A stretch of DNA of 64,000 nucleotides from Deltaproteobacteria bacterium (GCA_034670305.1 JAXMNT010000027.1:1-64000), one strand, 5' to 3'. Counted from the first letter of the stretch, positions 8,203 through 18,313 are shown. Made by a program: numbers and translations. The notes: generated by a model from the letters alone, not told the origin.

Positions 8203-8240
8203 TCCGCGGGCAAGGGCAAAGGCAAGGGCAGGGGCAAGGG

Positions 8241-8285
8241 GCAGGCTGCTGAAGAACGCCCGCAGGGCGTTCTTCAGCAGCCTGC
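8241..8285. repeat. Perfect 21-bp-stem hairpin
   Basis: GCAGGCTGCTGAAGAACGCCC-GCA-GGGCGTTCTTCAGCAGCCTGC. Confidence 0.9.
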
Positions 8286-8659
8286 TACGACTTGCGGGCG
8301 ACGAGGGCGGCGGACAGCCCGATGAAAGCGGCGCCGATCGTGATCCAGAGGCCGAAGCCGGTCGTCGCGAAGAACGCACGGATGACCTGGAAGCCCAGGT
8401 AGCCGAGCACGCCGAGTCCGAAGACCAGGCCTGCGGTGCGTCCTTTGCCCGAGAGTCCTCCGAACAACATCGAGAGCCCGCCCAGCGGAAGGCCCAGCAG
8501 CAAGAGGCGGTTGTACCAACTGGCTCCGTCGCTCGTCATGACGTCCCACCCGGAGGCCTGGAACAGCCCACCGATGTCGAGAAACGGGAGAAAGAACGCG
8601 ACAATCGTCGCGAGTCCGGCCCCGGCGATGGTGAGTTCGGCCTTGCGTTGGGTGGTCAT
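8285..8659 (-). CDS. Small multi-pass membrane protein
   Basis: Four hydrophobic segments; FFLPFL...ASGWD and GFGLW motifs. Confidence 0.75.
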   Translation of the reverse strand: MTTQRKAELTIAGAGLATIVAFFLPFLDIGGLFQASGWDVMTSDGASWYNRLLLLGLPLGGLSMLFGGLSGKGRTAGLVFGLGVLGYLGFQVIRAFFATTGFGLWITIGAAFIGLSAALVARKS

Positions 8660-8703
8660 GCAGGAGGATACGCCGGAGCTCTGGGCTTCATTCCCTGGCT
8701 CGC

Positions 8704-9789
8704 TCAGCCGGCGATGGGTTCGAGGGTGACGGAGGTCACCGCGTCGCTGTTGCCTTCGCGGGTGCTGTCGAGCACCACATCGACGGTGCCTTCGAGCATC
8801 CGCTCGCCCCACACGTCGTCTTCGTAGGCGTCGCTGGTGGTCTGGTCGATCCTGCGTTCCTCGCCGTCGACCACGAAGAGCGCGTGGGCGGGGTTGCGGT
8901 TCTCGGTGTGACGGCTGCGGATCACCACCCGGTACCGGGCACGCACCACCGCATCGAAATGGAACACCGCGGTGCCGCGGCGGCTGCCGCCTGGCATGTA
9001 GCCGCCGTCGCAATCGGTCGGGTCGTGTTCGTCGCCGCTCGCAGTGAAGGCGTAGTTGCGAAGTGCGTTGTGCGAGGGATGGCCGGGCGGACAGGGGACG
9101 ACCCAGGTGCCGCGGTTGGTGTAGCTGGCCTCCGAGAAATGCATCGTCCGGCGGACCGCGGTCGGGTCGGGTGGGTCGGGCGGAGAGACGCATTCCACGA
9201 CCCGCGCCATGGCCACGATCTGCACCGCGCCGATCCGGAAGAAGCTCCGGTCGAGCGGACCGGCGCCGAACTCGATGCGGTTGTCTCCCGCCACCGTCGC
9301 GCCGGTGATCTCGACGTCGCCCGTGCCGTCCGCGTTGTCCCACGCGCTCATGGCGGGCAGATCGAACTCCGAACCGGCGATGCGGATCACCCCTTCTTCG
9401 CCCGGGTGGTCCGCGTCGTAGCTCGTGAACTGGAGCCGTGCGGAGTCGATGAGGCTCGGGTCGGGCAACCCCGCCACGTCGAACGCGAGCACGGTGGTCG
9501 AACCGCGCATGACATCGAGTTCGCGCGGGGACGCGTCGAACGTGGCCGAGCGGTAGACACAGGCGCGCGGTGCGACCTCGGGTGCATCGAACATCGGCGC
9601 GTCCGTGCCAGTGCCCACGTCGTCGACGGTGTCGCCGCCGTCCGTCGAGCCAGCATCCTCGGTCGCCGAGTCCTCGCGGGGCGCATCGGTGGCGCCACCG
9701 TCCATGCGGGTGCCGAGGCTGTCTTCTCCGCAACCGACCAAGCCCAACGTCACCCAGACGCAGGCCCACTGGAGCAGCACGCGGCGCAT
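8704..9789 (-). CDS. Lipoprotein with DAG linker and beta-sandwich domains (golvesin/CBM-like C-terminus)
   Basis: MRRVLLQWACVWVTLGLVGC lipobox; C-terminal YRVVIRSRHTENRNPAHALF...IDQT. Confidence 0.7.
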   Translation of the reverse strand: MRRVLLQWACVWVTLGLVGCGEDSLGTRMDGGATDAPREDSATEDAGSTDGGDTVDDVGTGTDAPMFDAPEVAPRACVYRSATFDASPRELDVMRGSTTVLAFDVAGLPDPSLIDSARLQFTSYDADHPGEEGVIRIAGSEFDLPAMSAWDNADGTGDVEITGATVAGDNRIEFGAGPLDRSFFRIGAVQIVAMARVVECVSPPDPPDPTAVRRTMHFSEASYTNRGTWVVPCPPGHPSHNALRNYAFTASGDEHDPTDCDGGYMPGGSRRGTAVFHFDAVVRARYRVVIRSRHTENRNPAHALFVVDGEERRIDQTTSDAYEDDVWGERMLEGTVDVVLDSTREGNSDAVTSVTLEPIAG

Positions 9790-9791
9790 GG

Positions 9792-10250
9792 CTACGCCGC
9801 GGAGGTCAGGGCGCGGAAGTACCGGCCGACCGCGTCGGAGGCGAACCCGCGTTTCTCGAGCCAGGCGCTGAGGCGCTCTTTCTCCGGGTGGGTCGGATAC
9901 ACGACGTTGGTCAGGTACCGGAGCCCACGGGCCAACGCCTCGCGTTTGAGCCGCTCCATCACGAAGGTCCCGATGCCCTGCTGGCGGTAGTCGCGGTCGG
10001 TGGCGAGCAAGATCTCCGCGTCGCCCCAGTTCACGTCCATCCAGCCGTAGGCGATGACCTGTCCCTTGCCGCCGTTGGCGCTGGGGTCTTCGACCCGCCA
10101 CCAGCTGCCCCCCACCAAGTCCCCGTCTTTCAGGTCGTGGTAGCGGTGTTCTCCGAACACACCGTCGCCGGCTCGACCGATGATCCGAGCCTTGTTGTTG
10201 TCCCAGCGCGCCGGCTGAGGTTCACGCGTCCAAGTCCATTCCGTTCCCAC
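9792..10250 (-). CDS. GNAT family N-acetyltransferase
   Basis: DYRQQGIGTFVM acetyl-CoA motif, WLEKRGF. Confidence 0.85.
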   Translation of the reverse strand: MGTEWTWTREPQPARWDNNKARIIGRAGDGVFGEHRYHDLKDGDLVGGSWWRVEDPSANGGKGQVIAYGWMDVNWGDAEILLATDRDYRQQGIGTFVMERLKREALARGLRYLTNVVYPTHPEKERLSAWLEKRGFASDAVGRYFRALTSAA

Positions 10251-10286
10251 CCGCTCAGGTTGGCTGCGGAACGGCTGTGAGTCAAA

Positions 10287-12017
10287 TCACTCTTGGCGGA
10301 AGCCGTCGACCGGGAGCATGCGCGCCGCGTAGAAGCTCGGAGCGATCGTCGCCAGGGTGCAGATCGCCAGGGCCACCAGCGCCGTGATCACGAACTCCAT
10401 GCCGTTCACCACCACGGGCAGGTGATCGATCAGATACACCTTGGGATCGAGTGGGAACTCCACGTTCGCGAGGTAGCCCACGATGGCGCCGCCGAGCAGG
10501 AGCCCGACGGCGGTGCCTATCACGCCTATCACGCTCCCCTGCAGCACGAAGACCTGGAGGATGGTGGCGTCGGTCGCGCCCATCGCTTTGAGGATCGCGA
10601 TCTCTCGTTTCTTCTCGAGCACGATCATGATGAGCGTGGCGACGACGTTCAGCGCGGCCACGAGGATGATCATCGCGATGATGAACCCGAGCGTGATCTT
10701 CTGGATCTCGAGCGCCGTGAAGAGGTTCCGGTTCAGCTCCGCCCAGTCGAGGGTGTGAAAGGGGCCGCCGAGCTCTCGTTCGAGCCGGCGCGCAATCGCA
10801 GGCGCCTCCTCGAGATCGTGCAATCGCATCTCGACACCGGTGACGGCGTCGCCCTGCCCGTAGAAGCGTTGGGCTTCGTAGAGGTCGGTGTAGACCAGCC
10901 GGGAGTCGTACTCCTGGAAGCCGGCCTGGAAAATCCCGATGACCCGGAAGTCGCGCGACTTCGGGGCGCGCGCTTCGGGCGCGACGAGGGACAGGTCGAG
11001 GCCACTGAGCGGCGAGACCAGCCGGACCCGGTCGCCGACGCCGAGCTCCATGTCCTGCGCCAAGGAGCGACCGACCACGATGCCGGGCAGGTTGGCGGTG
11101 CCTTCTTCGTCCTGGCGGGCGATCTCTTCGTCGTCGCGGAGGAGTTGTTCGTCCCACTCGTCGGGAAGGTCGAGTTCGCCCGGGTCGAAGCCGTCGAGCA
11201 TGGCTTCGATGTCTTCGGGCGACGCGACTTCGACTTCCGGCAGCGGTTCGAAGTCGTTGGACGGAGTCGGCGCGCGGGGATCGATGCGCGCTTGCTCGGC
11301 GACGGTCTCCGCCTCGTGTGCGAGCGGCTCGTCCCAGGCGGCCCGTCGGCGCAGCGCCGGCCGGATGCCGCCGTCGGGGAGGAGGAGCCCTTCGTCGCTG
11401 GAACGGATGTGTTCGAGCACGGCGTCGACGTCGAGGTTCTCGAGATCGGGGTCGTCGCCGTCGTCGTCGTCCCCGTCGCCGTTCTCGTCCTCGTCGTTGC
11501 CGGTCAGCTCGTCGAGCCAGTTCCAGTTCTCGGTCGTCCGCTCGCCGCTGCCCAGATCGTCCGGATGGGTCGGCGGCCGTGCGCCCTCGACCCGGAGTCC
11601 GCGCAGCGACCCGTCCACCAGCTGACTCGGCAGGTCGAGCACGGTGGGCATGCGCTCTGGGTCGACGCCCTTGACCAGCACGCCACTGAGTCGGTCCCCC
11701 TTGGCGAGCATCATCTCGTTGATGAGAAAGGGGCCGACTCCGGCGACTTCCGGCATCGCTTCGGCGCGCGCCATCACGTCGCGGTACTCGTCGAAGTCGA
11801 CGCCGTACTTCATCACGAGCACGTGTGCGTTGACCCCGAGGATCTTGTCTCGGAACTCCTTCTGGAACCCCGTGGTGATGCAGAGGACGGTGAGAAACGC
11901 TGCCACGCCCAGCGCCACACCGGCGACCGCGATGAACGTGATCGTCGAGATCGTGCTGCGTTTCTTGGACCGCAGGTACCGAATCCCGATCTGGTACGCG
12001 AAGTTCAAGGTGCCCAA
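10287..12017 (-). CDS. LolC/LolE-like (FtsX/MacB) ABC permease with a long acidic insertion
   Basis: RYLRSKKR, GVALGVAA, KILGVNAH, EKKREIAILKAMGA, VYLIDHLP. Confidence 0.9.
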   Translation of the reverse strand: MGTLNFAYQIGIRYLRSKKRSTISTITFIAVAGVALGVAAFLTVLCITTGFQKEFRDKILGVNAHVLVMKYGVDFDEYRDVMARAEAMPEVAGVGPFLINEMMLAKGDRLSGVLVKGVDPERMPTVLDLPSQLVDGSLRGLRVEGARPPTHPDDLGSGERTTENWNWLDELTGNDEDENGDGDDDDGDDPDLENLDVDAVLEHIRSSDEGLLLPDGGIRPALRRRAAWDEPLAHEAETVAEQARIDPRAPTPSNDFEPLPEVEVASPEDIEAMLDGFDPGELDLPDEWDEQLLRDDEEIARQDEEGTANLPGIVVGRSLAQDMELGVGDRVRLVSPLSGLDLSLVAPEARAPKSRDFRVIGIFQAGFQEYDSRLVYTDLYEAQRFYGQGDAVTGVEMRLHDLEEAPAIARRLERELGGPFHTLDWAELNRNLFTALEIQKITLGFIIAMIILVAALNVVATLIMIVLEKKREIAILKAMGATDATILQVFVLQGSVIGVIGTAVGLLLGGAIVGYLANVEFPLDPKVYLIDHLPVVVNGMEFVITALVALAICTLATIAPSFYAARMLPVDGFRQE

Positions 12018-12192
12018 CTAGCAGAGTTCAATGCCGAAACCATAGGAACGTTGGGGTGTCGCGGGACCGAGGCGCGGGGTTTGGGGCTGCCCCCGAAGAA
12101 CAGGGGCGGGTCGCGGGGGGCGCCGGCCGCCTTGAGTTTGGTTCTTGGATTTGGCGGATCGCCCATCGACTGGCTAAACTACCCGTCTAGGG

Positions 12193-13869
12193 ATGTTTCT
12201 TCGCTTTTTGTCGTCCGGGTCCCCGATGGACCAGGACCGGCTCCCGAAACCGGGGGTCCGTCGCGTGTGGTCGTGGTTCGGTGCGTTGGCACTGGCCCTC
12301 TCCGTGTCCGCATGCGGACAGGTGATCGACGTGCCCGAGGTGGACGCCGGACCGGATGCTCCGCCGACCTCGCCGAACAGCCTCGAAGTGGAGGGCGACG
12401 CGAACCTCACCTTGGTGTTCGGGGAAGAGGTCGAGTTGATGGTTCGTTACCTCGACGACGACCGCGCGCCGATCGCAGACGCGCTCGTCGGGTTCGCGTT
12501 CGACGGCCGCGCCCACGATGCGTCGCTCACTGTGCTGCAGTCGCTTTCGAATGACGTGGGCCTGGCGACGACGCGGCTTCGAGCCGGCACGTCCGCGGGT
12601 GCGTTTCGGGTGCGGGTGAGCGCACCGGGTGCCGACGCGGTGTTCCTCGATGTCGCGGTGAGTGATCGCGGCTTCGGCGAGTTGGTCGCCGAGCCGGTCT
12701 ACGAAGGCGAGCGCCCGGTCGTGACCATCGGCGCCGCGGTCTTCGCGGAACTCACCTGCGATGCGCCCATGACGCGCCGCGAGCGGGGCGACCGCTACCG
12801 TGCGCTCGGACCCGACGACACGTCGGTGACCATCGTCGGACTTCCCGCGGGTGTCCCCTTCGCCGTGGTGGGTCGGGGCGAGTCCGCCGACGGGACATTG
12901 CTCGCGTGGGTTTGCCGGGACGGAGTCGAGGTGCCGGCCGAGGGGTCGGTGTCGGTGCCGCTCGTGCTCGAAGACCTGCCCCAGCGCGCGATGGGCAGCT
13001 ACGACGTGCGCCTTGGATTCGAAGTCGGCGGCACCCGGGATCGAATCACCGAGGCGGTCTCCGACTTGGACGGTGCCCTTCGGGAGACCGGTGGTTCGCT
13101 CCTGATTCTGGACGCGGCGGAGGCGCGGCTGCTCGCGGCCGGCGACGACGAAGCTGCTGCGGGGCTGGTCGCGGCGCGTGAGACGGGGCTGGATGTTTCG
13201 TTCTCGGGATCGGTGGCTCGCTCGCGGGTGGGTGTCGAACGTGCGTTGCTCGAGGCCGCCGAGGTCCTCACGAACCAGCTCGGGGCACTCGACGTCCATG
13301 GGGTGCTGCGGGTCAACGCCGACGGGGTCGAGTTCGACGTCGCGTCCGTGCTGACCGGCCCGACGCTCGATGCGGTGGAGCCGATCGACCCGACCGTCGG
13401 GTACGAGCCCGGGACCGAGGTCCGAGCCACGGTCTCCGAGCGTGGCGACCAGCTCGACGTCGAGGACATGAGCATCTTCATCCGGGCGAGTGGACTGACC
13501 CGCGCGGTGCTGCTCCAGGAAGCGGCCGGGAGCACCCGGGTCGCGTTGTGGGCCGAGTGGATGTCGTGCGGCGCGCTGCCCCACCCCGAAGAGCTCGCGG
13601 CCCACTGCGACGAGGCCTGCTTGCTCGACGCGTGCCTGGACGTGGCCGCAACCGTCTCGAGCGCGTTCGACGTCCGGCTCGAGTTGCTCGACCTCGAACG
13701 GGGCGTCGTTTCCCTGGACGGCGACGTCGTGCTCACCGACGAAGTGGGCGACCTCGACGTCGACCGGCTCGAGGCGGTGCTCTCGGGACGCTGGACCGGC
13801 GCGGAGACTCTGCGTCCCGAGACGTTCGAAGCCGAATTTTTCGGAACCCGCATCCTCCCCGTCCTCTGA
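12193..13869 (+). CDS. Lipoprotein with N-terminal Ig-like (Big-1-like) domain
   Basis: ALALSVSAC lipobox; SNDVGLATTRLRAG motif; true start may be ATG 12226 or later. Confidence 0.7.
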   Translation: MFLRFLSSGSPMDQDRLPKPGVRRVWSWFGALALALSVSACGQVIDVPEVDAGPDAPPTSPNSLEVEGDANLTLVFGEEVELMVRYLDDDRAPIADALVGFAFDGRAHDASLTVLQSLSNDVGLATTRLRAGTSAGAFRVRVSAPGADAVFLDVAVSDRGFGELVAEPVYEGERPVVTIGAAVFAELTCDAPMTRRERGDRYRALGPDDTSVTIVGLPAGVPFAVVGRGESADGTLLAWVCRDGVEVPAEGSVSVPLVLEDLPQRAMGSYDVRLGFEVGGTRDRITEAVSDLDGALRETGGSLLILDAAEARLLAAGDDEAAAGLVAARETGLDVSFSGSVARSRVGVERALLEAAEVLTNQLGALDVHGVLRVNADGVEFDVASVLTGPTLDAVEPIDPTVGYEPGTEVRATVSERGDQLDVEDMSIFIRASGLTRAVLLQEAAGSTRVALWAEWMSCGALPHPEELAAHCDEACLLDACLDVAATVSSAFDVRLELLDLERGVVSLDGDVVLTDEVGDLDVDRLEAVLSGRWTGAETLRPETFEAEFFGTRILPVL

Positions 13870-13876
13870 GCGCCCC

Positions 13877-14350
13877 GTGACCTATCCGCTGCAGGCCGCT
13901 CGCGAGTTGCGAACCCGCGCGGTCGAGGAAGCGGAAGCCGCTTTGGCGCAAGCCGTCGCCGCGCACGCACGGGCCGCTCAGGCGCTCGAGCGCGCCGAAG
14001 CAGCGCGGTCGCTTCACGCGGAGGGCACGGCCGCGTTCGCAGATTCGGAGAAGCGGTGTGAGGCGCGCTCCATCGCCGATCTCCAGCGGGGCGATTCCTT
14101 TCTCCGGCGCCGAATGGCAGAGGCGGCGGATCTCACCGAGCAGGTCGCCGCGGCGTCGGCGGCCGTGGATGCGGCGGCGGGCGCGGTCGGTCAGGCACGC
14201 GCCCACCTGGGCAGCATGAAGGCCGAACAGGAGGCGGTGGAGCGCCACCACGCGAAGTGGCTCGAAGCGCGGCGCAAGACCCTGGAGAAGCGGGAAGAAG
14301 AAGAGGGCGAGGAGGTCGCTGCCGCCCGTCGTTTCCCGCGCGAGTCCTGA
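13877..14350 (+). CDS. FliJ/SctO(YscO)-like coiled-coil protein
   Basis: YPLQAARELRTRAVEEAE N-terminus; 157-aa coiled coil; EAVERHHAKW...EEEEGEEVA C-terminus. Confidence 0.55.
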   Translation: MTYPLQAARELRTRAVEEAEAALAQAVAAHARAAQALERAEAARSLHAEGTAAFADSEKRCEARSIADLQRGDSFLRRRMAEAADLTEQVAAASAAVDAAAGAVGQARAHLGSMKAEQEAVERHHAKWLEARRKTLEKREEEEGEEVAAARRFPRES

Positions 14351-14450
14351 GGACGTGCTGCAACTGCCGCTCGAGTCAGCGGCTCGGCGGTCGGCCCGCC
14401 ATGGCCGGAAATAACTTGGCGCCCCAGGGCCGTTGCATCGGTGGGAATAG

Positions 14451-16850
14451 GTGAAGAAGTTGCCCACGCGGATCACGCTCTCTAGGTTCGGCACCGTGGG
14501 TCTCGTACGTCAGTTGGGTGCAACGCTTCTCGCAGGCGTGATCGGAACGTGTCAGCAGCCGCAGGCCGAGCCCTCGCGCGCCCAAGCGCAAGCCGCTGAG
14601 ACGGAGGCACCGCCCCCGATCACCTACTTCGATTTGGCGTCGATCGACGCGGACGAAGTGGTTCGGGCGGTTGCGGAGGCCGAGCCCGCCGAGGCGATGC
14701 GTCTTGGTGCGGCCGCCCTCGTCGGCGCCTCCCCCGAACGCGAAGGCAGCCTGCGCTGGTTGATCGCCGCCGCGGCCGATGTGCGGAACGATCGAGCCGA
14801 GGCCGAGGCGCAGCGGCGCGCGCTCGCCGCGAGTGGACATGCGCTCGCGCCGTGGGCGGCGCTCGCACTCGCGGAGTCCCTCGAATCCCAGTCGGAGTCC
14901 GCCGAAGGCGAAGAGGCGACCCGTCTGCGGACGGATGCGGTGGCGCTGCTACAACCGTTCGCGGCACTCGACTGGGCAGGCAAGGACTCGGCCGAGCGGC
15001 TGCGCCTTCGACTCGGCCTCGCGTCCGGTGACGCGGATGCACTCGAGGGCTTGCGCGCCATGCTTCGCGACACCCCAAGCCGCATCGGTGGTGCTTCGAT
15101 CGCCATGCCGATGGCGGCGCATCTCGCCGCGCTGGACGACGTCGACGCCCGAGAAGAAGCGCTGGCCCTCTACCGCCGGGTGGCCACGCGTGCGCCGAAG
15201 GCCCGCGTCGGCATCGAAGCAGGCGAACGCGCTGCTGCCGTGCTCGAGAGTCTTCCCGCCGAGCGTCGACGCGCGCTGGCCGATGTGCCGATCGAAGACC
15301 GGTTCGCGGAAGCGGAAGCGCTCTACCAATCGATGCACCACCGCGACGCGGAGCGCGCGTACGGGGCCCTCGCGCGGTCCCTCCGGGAGGAGCCACTGCT
15401 TCGATGTCAGGCGGAACTCCAGCAGGGCAACGCGATGCTGCGTCGCCGCGCGCGGGAAGAGGGCGCCCCCCACATGCATGGCGTCGCCGAGCGGTGCGAA
15501 GACACCGATGTGCGCGCCTGGGCCCGCTACAAAGCCGGCCGCGCCTACACCCAGATCGATCAACGCTCGAACGCCCTGCGTGAGTACGCCGCCCTGGCGG
15601 TCGAGGCGCCGGACCACCGCTTGGCCGATGACGGCCTTTACCGCGCCGCGCTGCTCGAAGACGGTGCGGGCAACGAAGCGGCGATGATCGAGAACTTTCG
15701 CCTCGTGGTCGAACGACATCCCGACGGCGACATGGCGGGCGAGTCGCTCTTCCGTCTCGCACTGCATGCGTGGGGCAAGGGCGAATTCTCTGAGTCGCTT
15801 CGTTACCTCGACCAGTCCATCGGTCTCGGCTGCGGCGCGGGGCAGCCGCCGTGCGAACACGTCCGGGGTGAAGAGGACGAGGATCTGCGGGGCCGCGCGC
15901 ACTACTGGCGCGCCCGCTCCCTCGCGTCGCTCGGCCGGGCCGACGAGGCGCTGGCGGCCTACGTCGAACTCGCCCGCGACTGGCCGCTCTCCTACTACGG
16001 CCAGCAAGCGGTGGCGCGGGTGCGGGAACAGAGCCCGGAGCGTGCGACCGAGCTCATGGCGGAGTTCCGCGACGAGGGCCCCGAGGCGCTGCGCTTTCCG
16101 ATGCGGGCCGAGCACTCGGAACCATGGATGCAGCGAGCCATCGCACTGCTGCGCGTCGGGGCGACCTCGGAAGCCCGACGCGAACTCGAAGACGGTGGGG
16201 CCCTCGGGTCCGGCGCCGACGAGGACCTCGTGTGGTTCGCCTCGGCGATCTTGGCGCGCGCCGGCGCGCTGCCCGAAGTCACCCGGATCCTGCGCCGCAA
16301 ACTGCACTGGTTCCGCAAGACGATGCCGCACGGCCGAGGCCACGCGTTGTGGCGCCTCGCCTACCCGCGCGCGTTCTCCCCGTTGATCGAAGACAAGGCC
16401 TCTGAAGCCGAGGTGCCCGCGGCGTTCGTCCGCGCGATCGCCCGAGAAGAGAGCTCGTTCGACCCGAACGCCGTGTCGTGGGCCCACGCCTACGGGCTCG
16501 TGCAAGTGATCCTGCCGACCGCTCGGGCCAACGGCCGCGGTCTCGGCCCCATCAACGCCCGGACGCTGCGAGACCCGGCGATCAACCTCGCGGTTGGCGC
16601 GCGGTTCATGCACACGCTCCGTTCCCGATTCGCGGCGAACCCCGCGCTCGTGCCGGCCGCGTACAACGCCGGCCAAGGCGCGCTCGACCGCTGGATCCGG
16701 CAACGCGGCGACCTCGACATGGACGAGTTCGTGGAGCGGATCCCCTACGACGAGACCCGTCGCTACACCCGCCGCGTGGTGCAGACCTGGGGCATCTACA
16801 CGTTCCTCGACGAAGCCGAGTTGCCCGAGCTCCCCCGCACCGTCCGCTAA
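14451..16850 (+). CDS. Soluble lytic murein transglycosylase with TPR repeats
   Basis: AIAREESSFDPNAVS, AYGLVQV, AAYNAG, IPYDETRRY; TPR-like helices. Confidence 0.92.
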   Translation: MKKLPTRITLSRFGTVGLVRQLGATLLAGVIGTCQQPQAEPSRAQAQAAETEAPPPITYFDLASIDADEVVRAVAEAEPAEAMRLGAAALVGASPEREGSLRWLIAAAADVRNDRAEAEAQRRALAASGHALAPWAALALAESLESQSESAEGEEATRLRTDAVALLQPFAALDWAGKDSAERLRLRLGLASGDADALEGLRAMLRDTPSRIGGASIAMPMAAHLAALDDVDAREEALALYRRVATRAPKARVGIEAGERAAAVLESLPAERRRALADVPIEDRFAEAEALYQSMHHRDAERAYGALARSLREEPLLRCQAELQQGNAMLRRRAREEGAPHMHGVAERCEDTDVRAWARYKAGRAYTQIDQRSNALREYAALAVEAPDHRLADDGLYRAALLEDGAGNEAAMIENFRLVVERHPDGDMAGESLFRLALHAWGKGEFSESLRYLDQSIGLGCGAGQPPCEHVRGEEDEDLRGRAHYWRARSLASLGRADEALAAYVELARDWPLSYYGQQAVARVREQSPERATELMAEFRDEGPEALRFPMRAEHSEPWMQRAIALLRVGATSEARRELEDGGALGSGADEDLVWFASAILARAGALPEVTRILRRKLHWFRKTMPHGRGHALWRLAYPRAFSPLIEDKASEAEVPAAFVRAIAREESSFDPNAVSWAHAYGLVQVILPTARANGRGLGPINARTLRDPAINLAVGARFMHTLRSRFAANPALVPAAYNAGQGALDRWIRQRGDLDMDEFVERIPYDETRRYTRRVVQTWGIYTFLDEAELPELPRTVR

Positions 16851-18230
16851 CTAGCGCTCCATCACCGCCAGCAGGTACTCCCCGGCTTGTTCGGTGCTGC
16901 CGACGAAGGTGTCCAGCGAGAGGTAGTACGTGCCCGGTCCGACGTCGGCTTCGATCTGCCGGTGGGCCCTCGAGAGGCAGCTGCCCTCGGTCGTGCCCGA
17001 CAACAGGTGCACGTCGATGTCGACCGTGCCGCGGTCGAACACCATGATGAGCAACGACATCGCGCGGTCCAGATCGAGGCGGTACAGGAGCTCCGGCCCG
17101 CCCTCGTTCTGATCCGCGCCGCAGCCGTCGTAGAGGTTCAGGTTGCGGTGGTCGCTGAACAGCGTGTTCGCGTCGTGGGTGAACGGAAGCTGCGGGATGA
17201 CGAAGGGGTTGTCCGGGGAGCCGTCGCCGACCAGTGCCGGTCCGGCCGGGTCCGGTGCCGCTTCGGCCAAAGTCGTCGCGCGGTGGGCCCGGTCGAGCGC
17301 TTCGATCGTCACGAGGTTGCGCACGTTGTACCCGAACTGAAGCCCCGCTTCGGTGAACACGCAGCCCCGCGCGCCCGGATCCCGAAACACCGTCGGGTGG
17401 ATGTTGTCGCCACCGAGACCGCGGTTGGGCAGCGGCGCCAGATCGCGGTGGTAGTCCACGAACGGCGTCTGGCGTGCTTGGGCGATGGCACGCGCGATCA
17501 GGTTGTAGACCGGCACCTCGGCGTCCGCGCCCGCGTCGTCGCCACGGGCGGGGATGCTGCTGAGGATGGGAATGACGCCGCGGTCGAGCAGCCCATCGGT
17601 GAGGTCCAGCATGTTGTTGGCGTATTGCTCGCGCGTCACGATGTTGATGTCGTTCGTGCCGTACATGATGGTCGCGAACGCCGGCCGCGCGGCTTCGACT
17701 TCGCGTTCCACGGCGGGAGGTGTTCCTTCGAGCGCGCGTCCGGCGTGCCAGCCAACGGTCGCGGACTCGCTCTCTCGGGTGTACGGGGTGGTGCCCGCCG
17801 CATCGCCCGCCGCGAAGTGGTCGATGGTGGTTTGCAGCCCGGTTCGTCCCGCGAGGTCGATGTCGCTTCCCGCGAAGCAGTGCATGAAGTTCGTACTCAC
17901 CGTGATCGACGCGCCGAGCTTGGAGAAGACGTCGTTCTGCAGATCGTCGGCGCGTGCCCGCACCGCCCGCAGGTTCTCCACCACGAACGGCGTCATGGGC
18001 GAGTGGCGCGGACCCTCCGGATAGAGCGCTGGGTGCAGCGGCGTGCCCATGTCGGGCGCGTCCATGCCGGCGTCGAGCATCGCGTCCGTGGGCAACGCAT
18101 CGACCGTGAAGCCATCCGGCGTGCCCGCGTCGAGCCCGAGCGTCGAACCATCCCGCGCGTCGATCCGCACCAAGCCGTCGTTGCATGCCAAGACGCACGC
18201 CAGAACACCACACCACACCAAGATCCGCAT
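16851..18230 (-). CDS. SGNH/GDSL hydrolase lipoprotein
   Basis: Lipobox VLAC; KLGASIT, YGTND and GDNIHP blocks. Confidence 0.8.
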   Translation of the reverse strand: MRILVWCGVLACVLACNDGLVRIDARDGSTLGLDAGTPDGFTVDALPTDAMLDAGMDAPDMGTPLHPALYPEGPRHSPMTPFVVENLRAVRARADDLQNDVFSKLGASITVSTNFMHCFAGSDIDLAGRTGLQTTIDHFAAGDAAGTTPYTRESESATVGWHAGRALEGTPPAVEREVEAARPAFATIMYGTNDINIVTREQYANNMLDLTDGLLDRGVIPILSSIPARGDDAGADAEVPVYNLIARAIAQARQTPFVDYHRDLAPLPNRGLGGDNIHPTVFRDPGARGCVFTEAGLQFGYNVRNLVTIEALDRAHRATTLAEAAPDPAGPALVGDGSPDNPFVIPQLPFTHDANTLFSDHRNLNLYDGCGADQNEGGPELLYRLDLDRAMSLLIMVFDRGTVDIDVHLLSGTTEGSCLSRAHRQIEADVGPGTYYLSLDTFVGSTEQAGEYLLAVMER

Positions 18231-18313
18231 GCCCGCAGCATACGGCGTTTGGCGCGTCGGCGCGTTCGTGGGTTTGCTCTGTTGGGTTTGGATTCGGTTC
18301 GCTACAGTTTCGT

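Larger units (their letters stand above)
7865..8287. mobile_element. Non-autonomous IS5/IS1182-like mosaic element between convergent genes
   Basis: Bounded by inverted TAGCAGG(TC/CT)GCTGAA ends whose TAGs are the stop codons of both flanking genes; carries a transposase 3' remnant. Confidence 0.55.
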
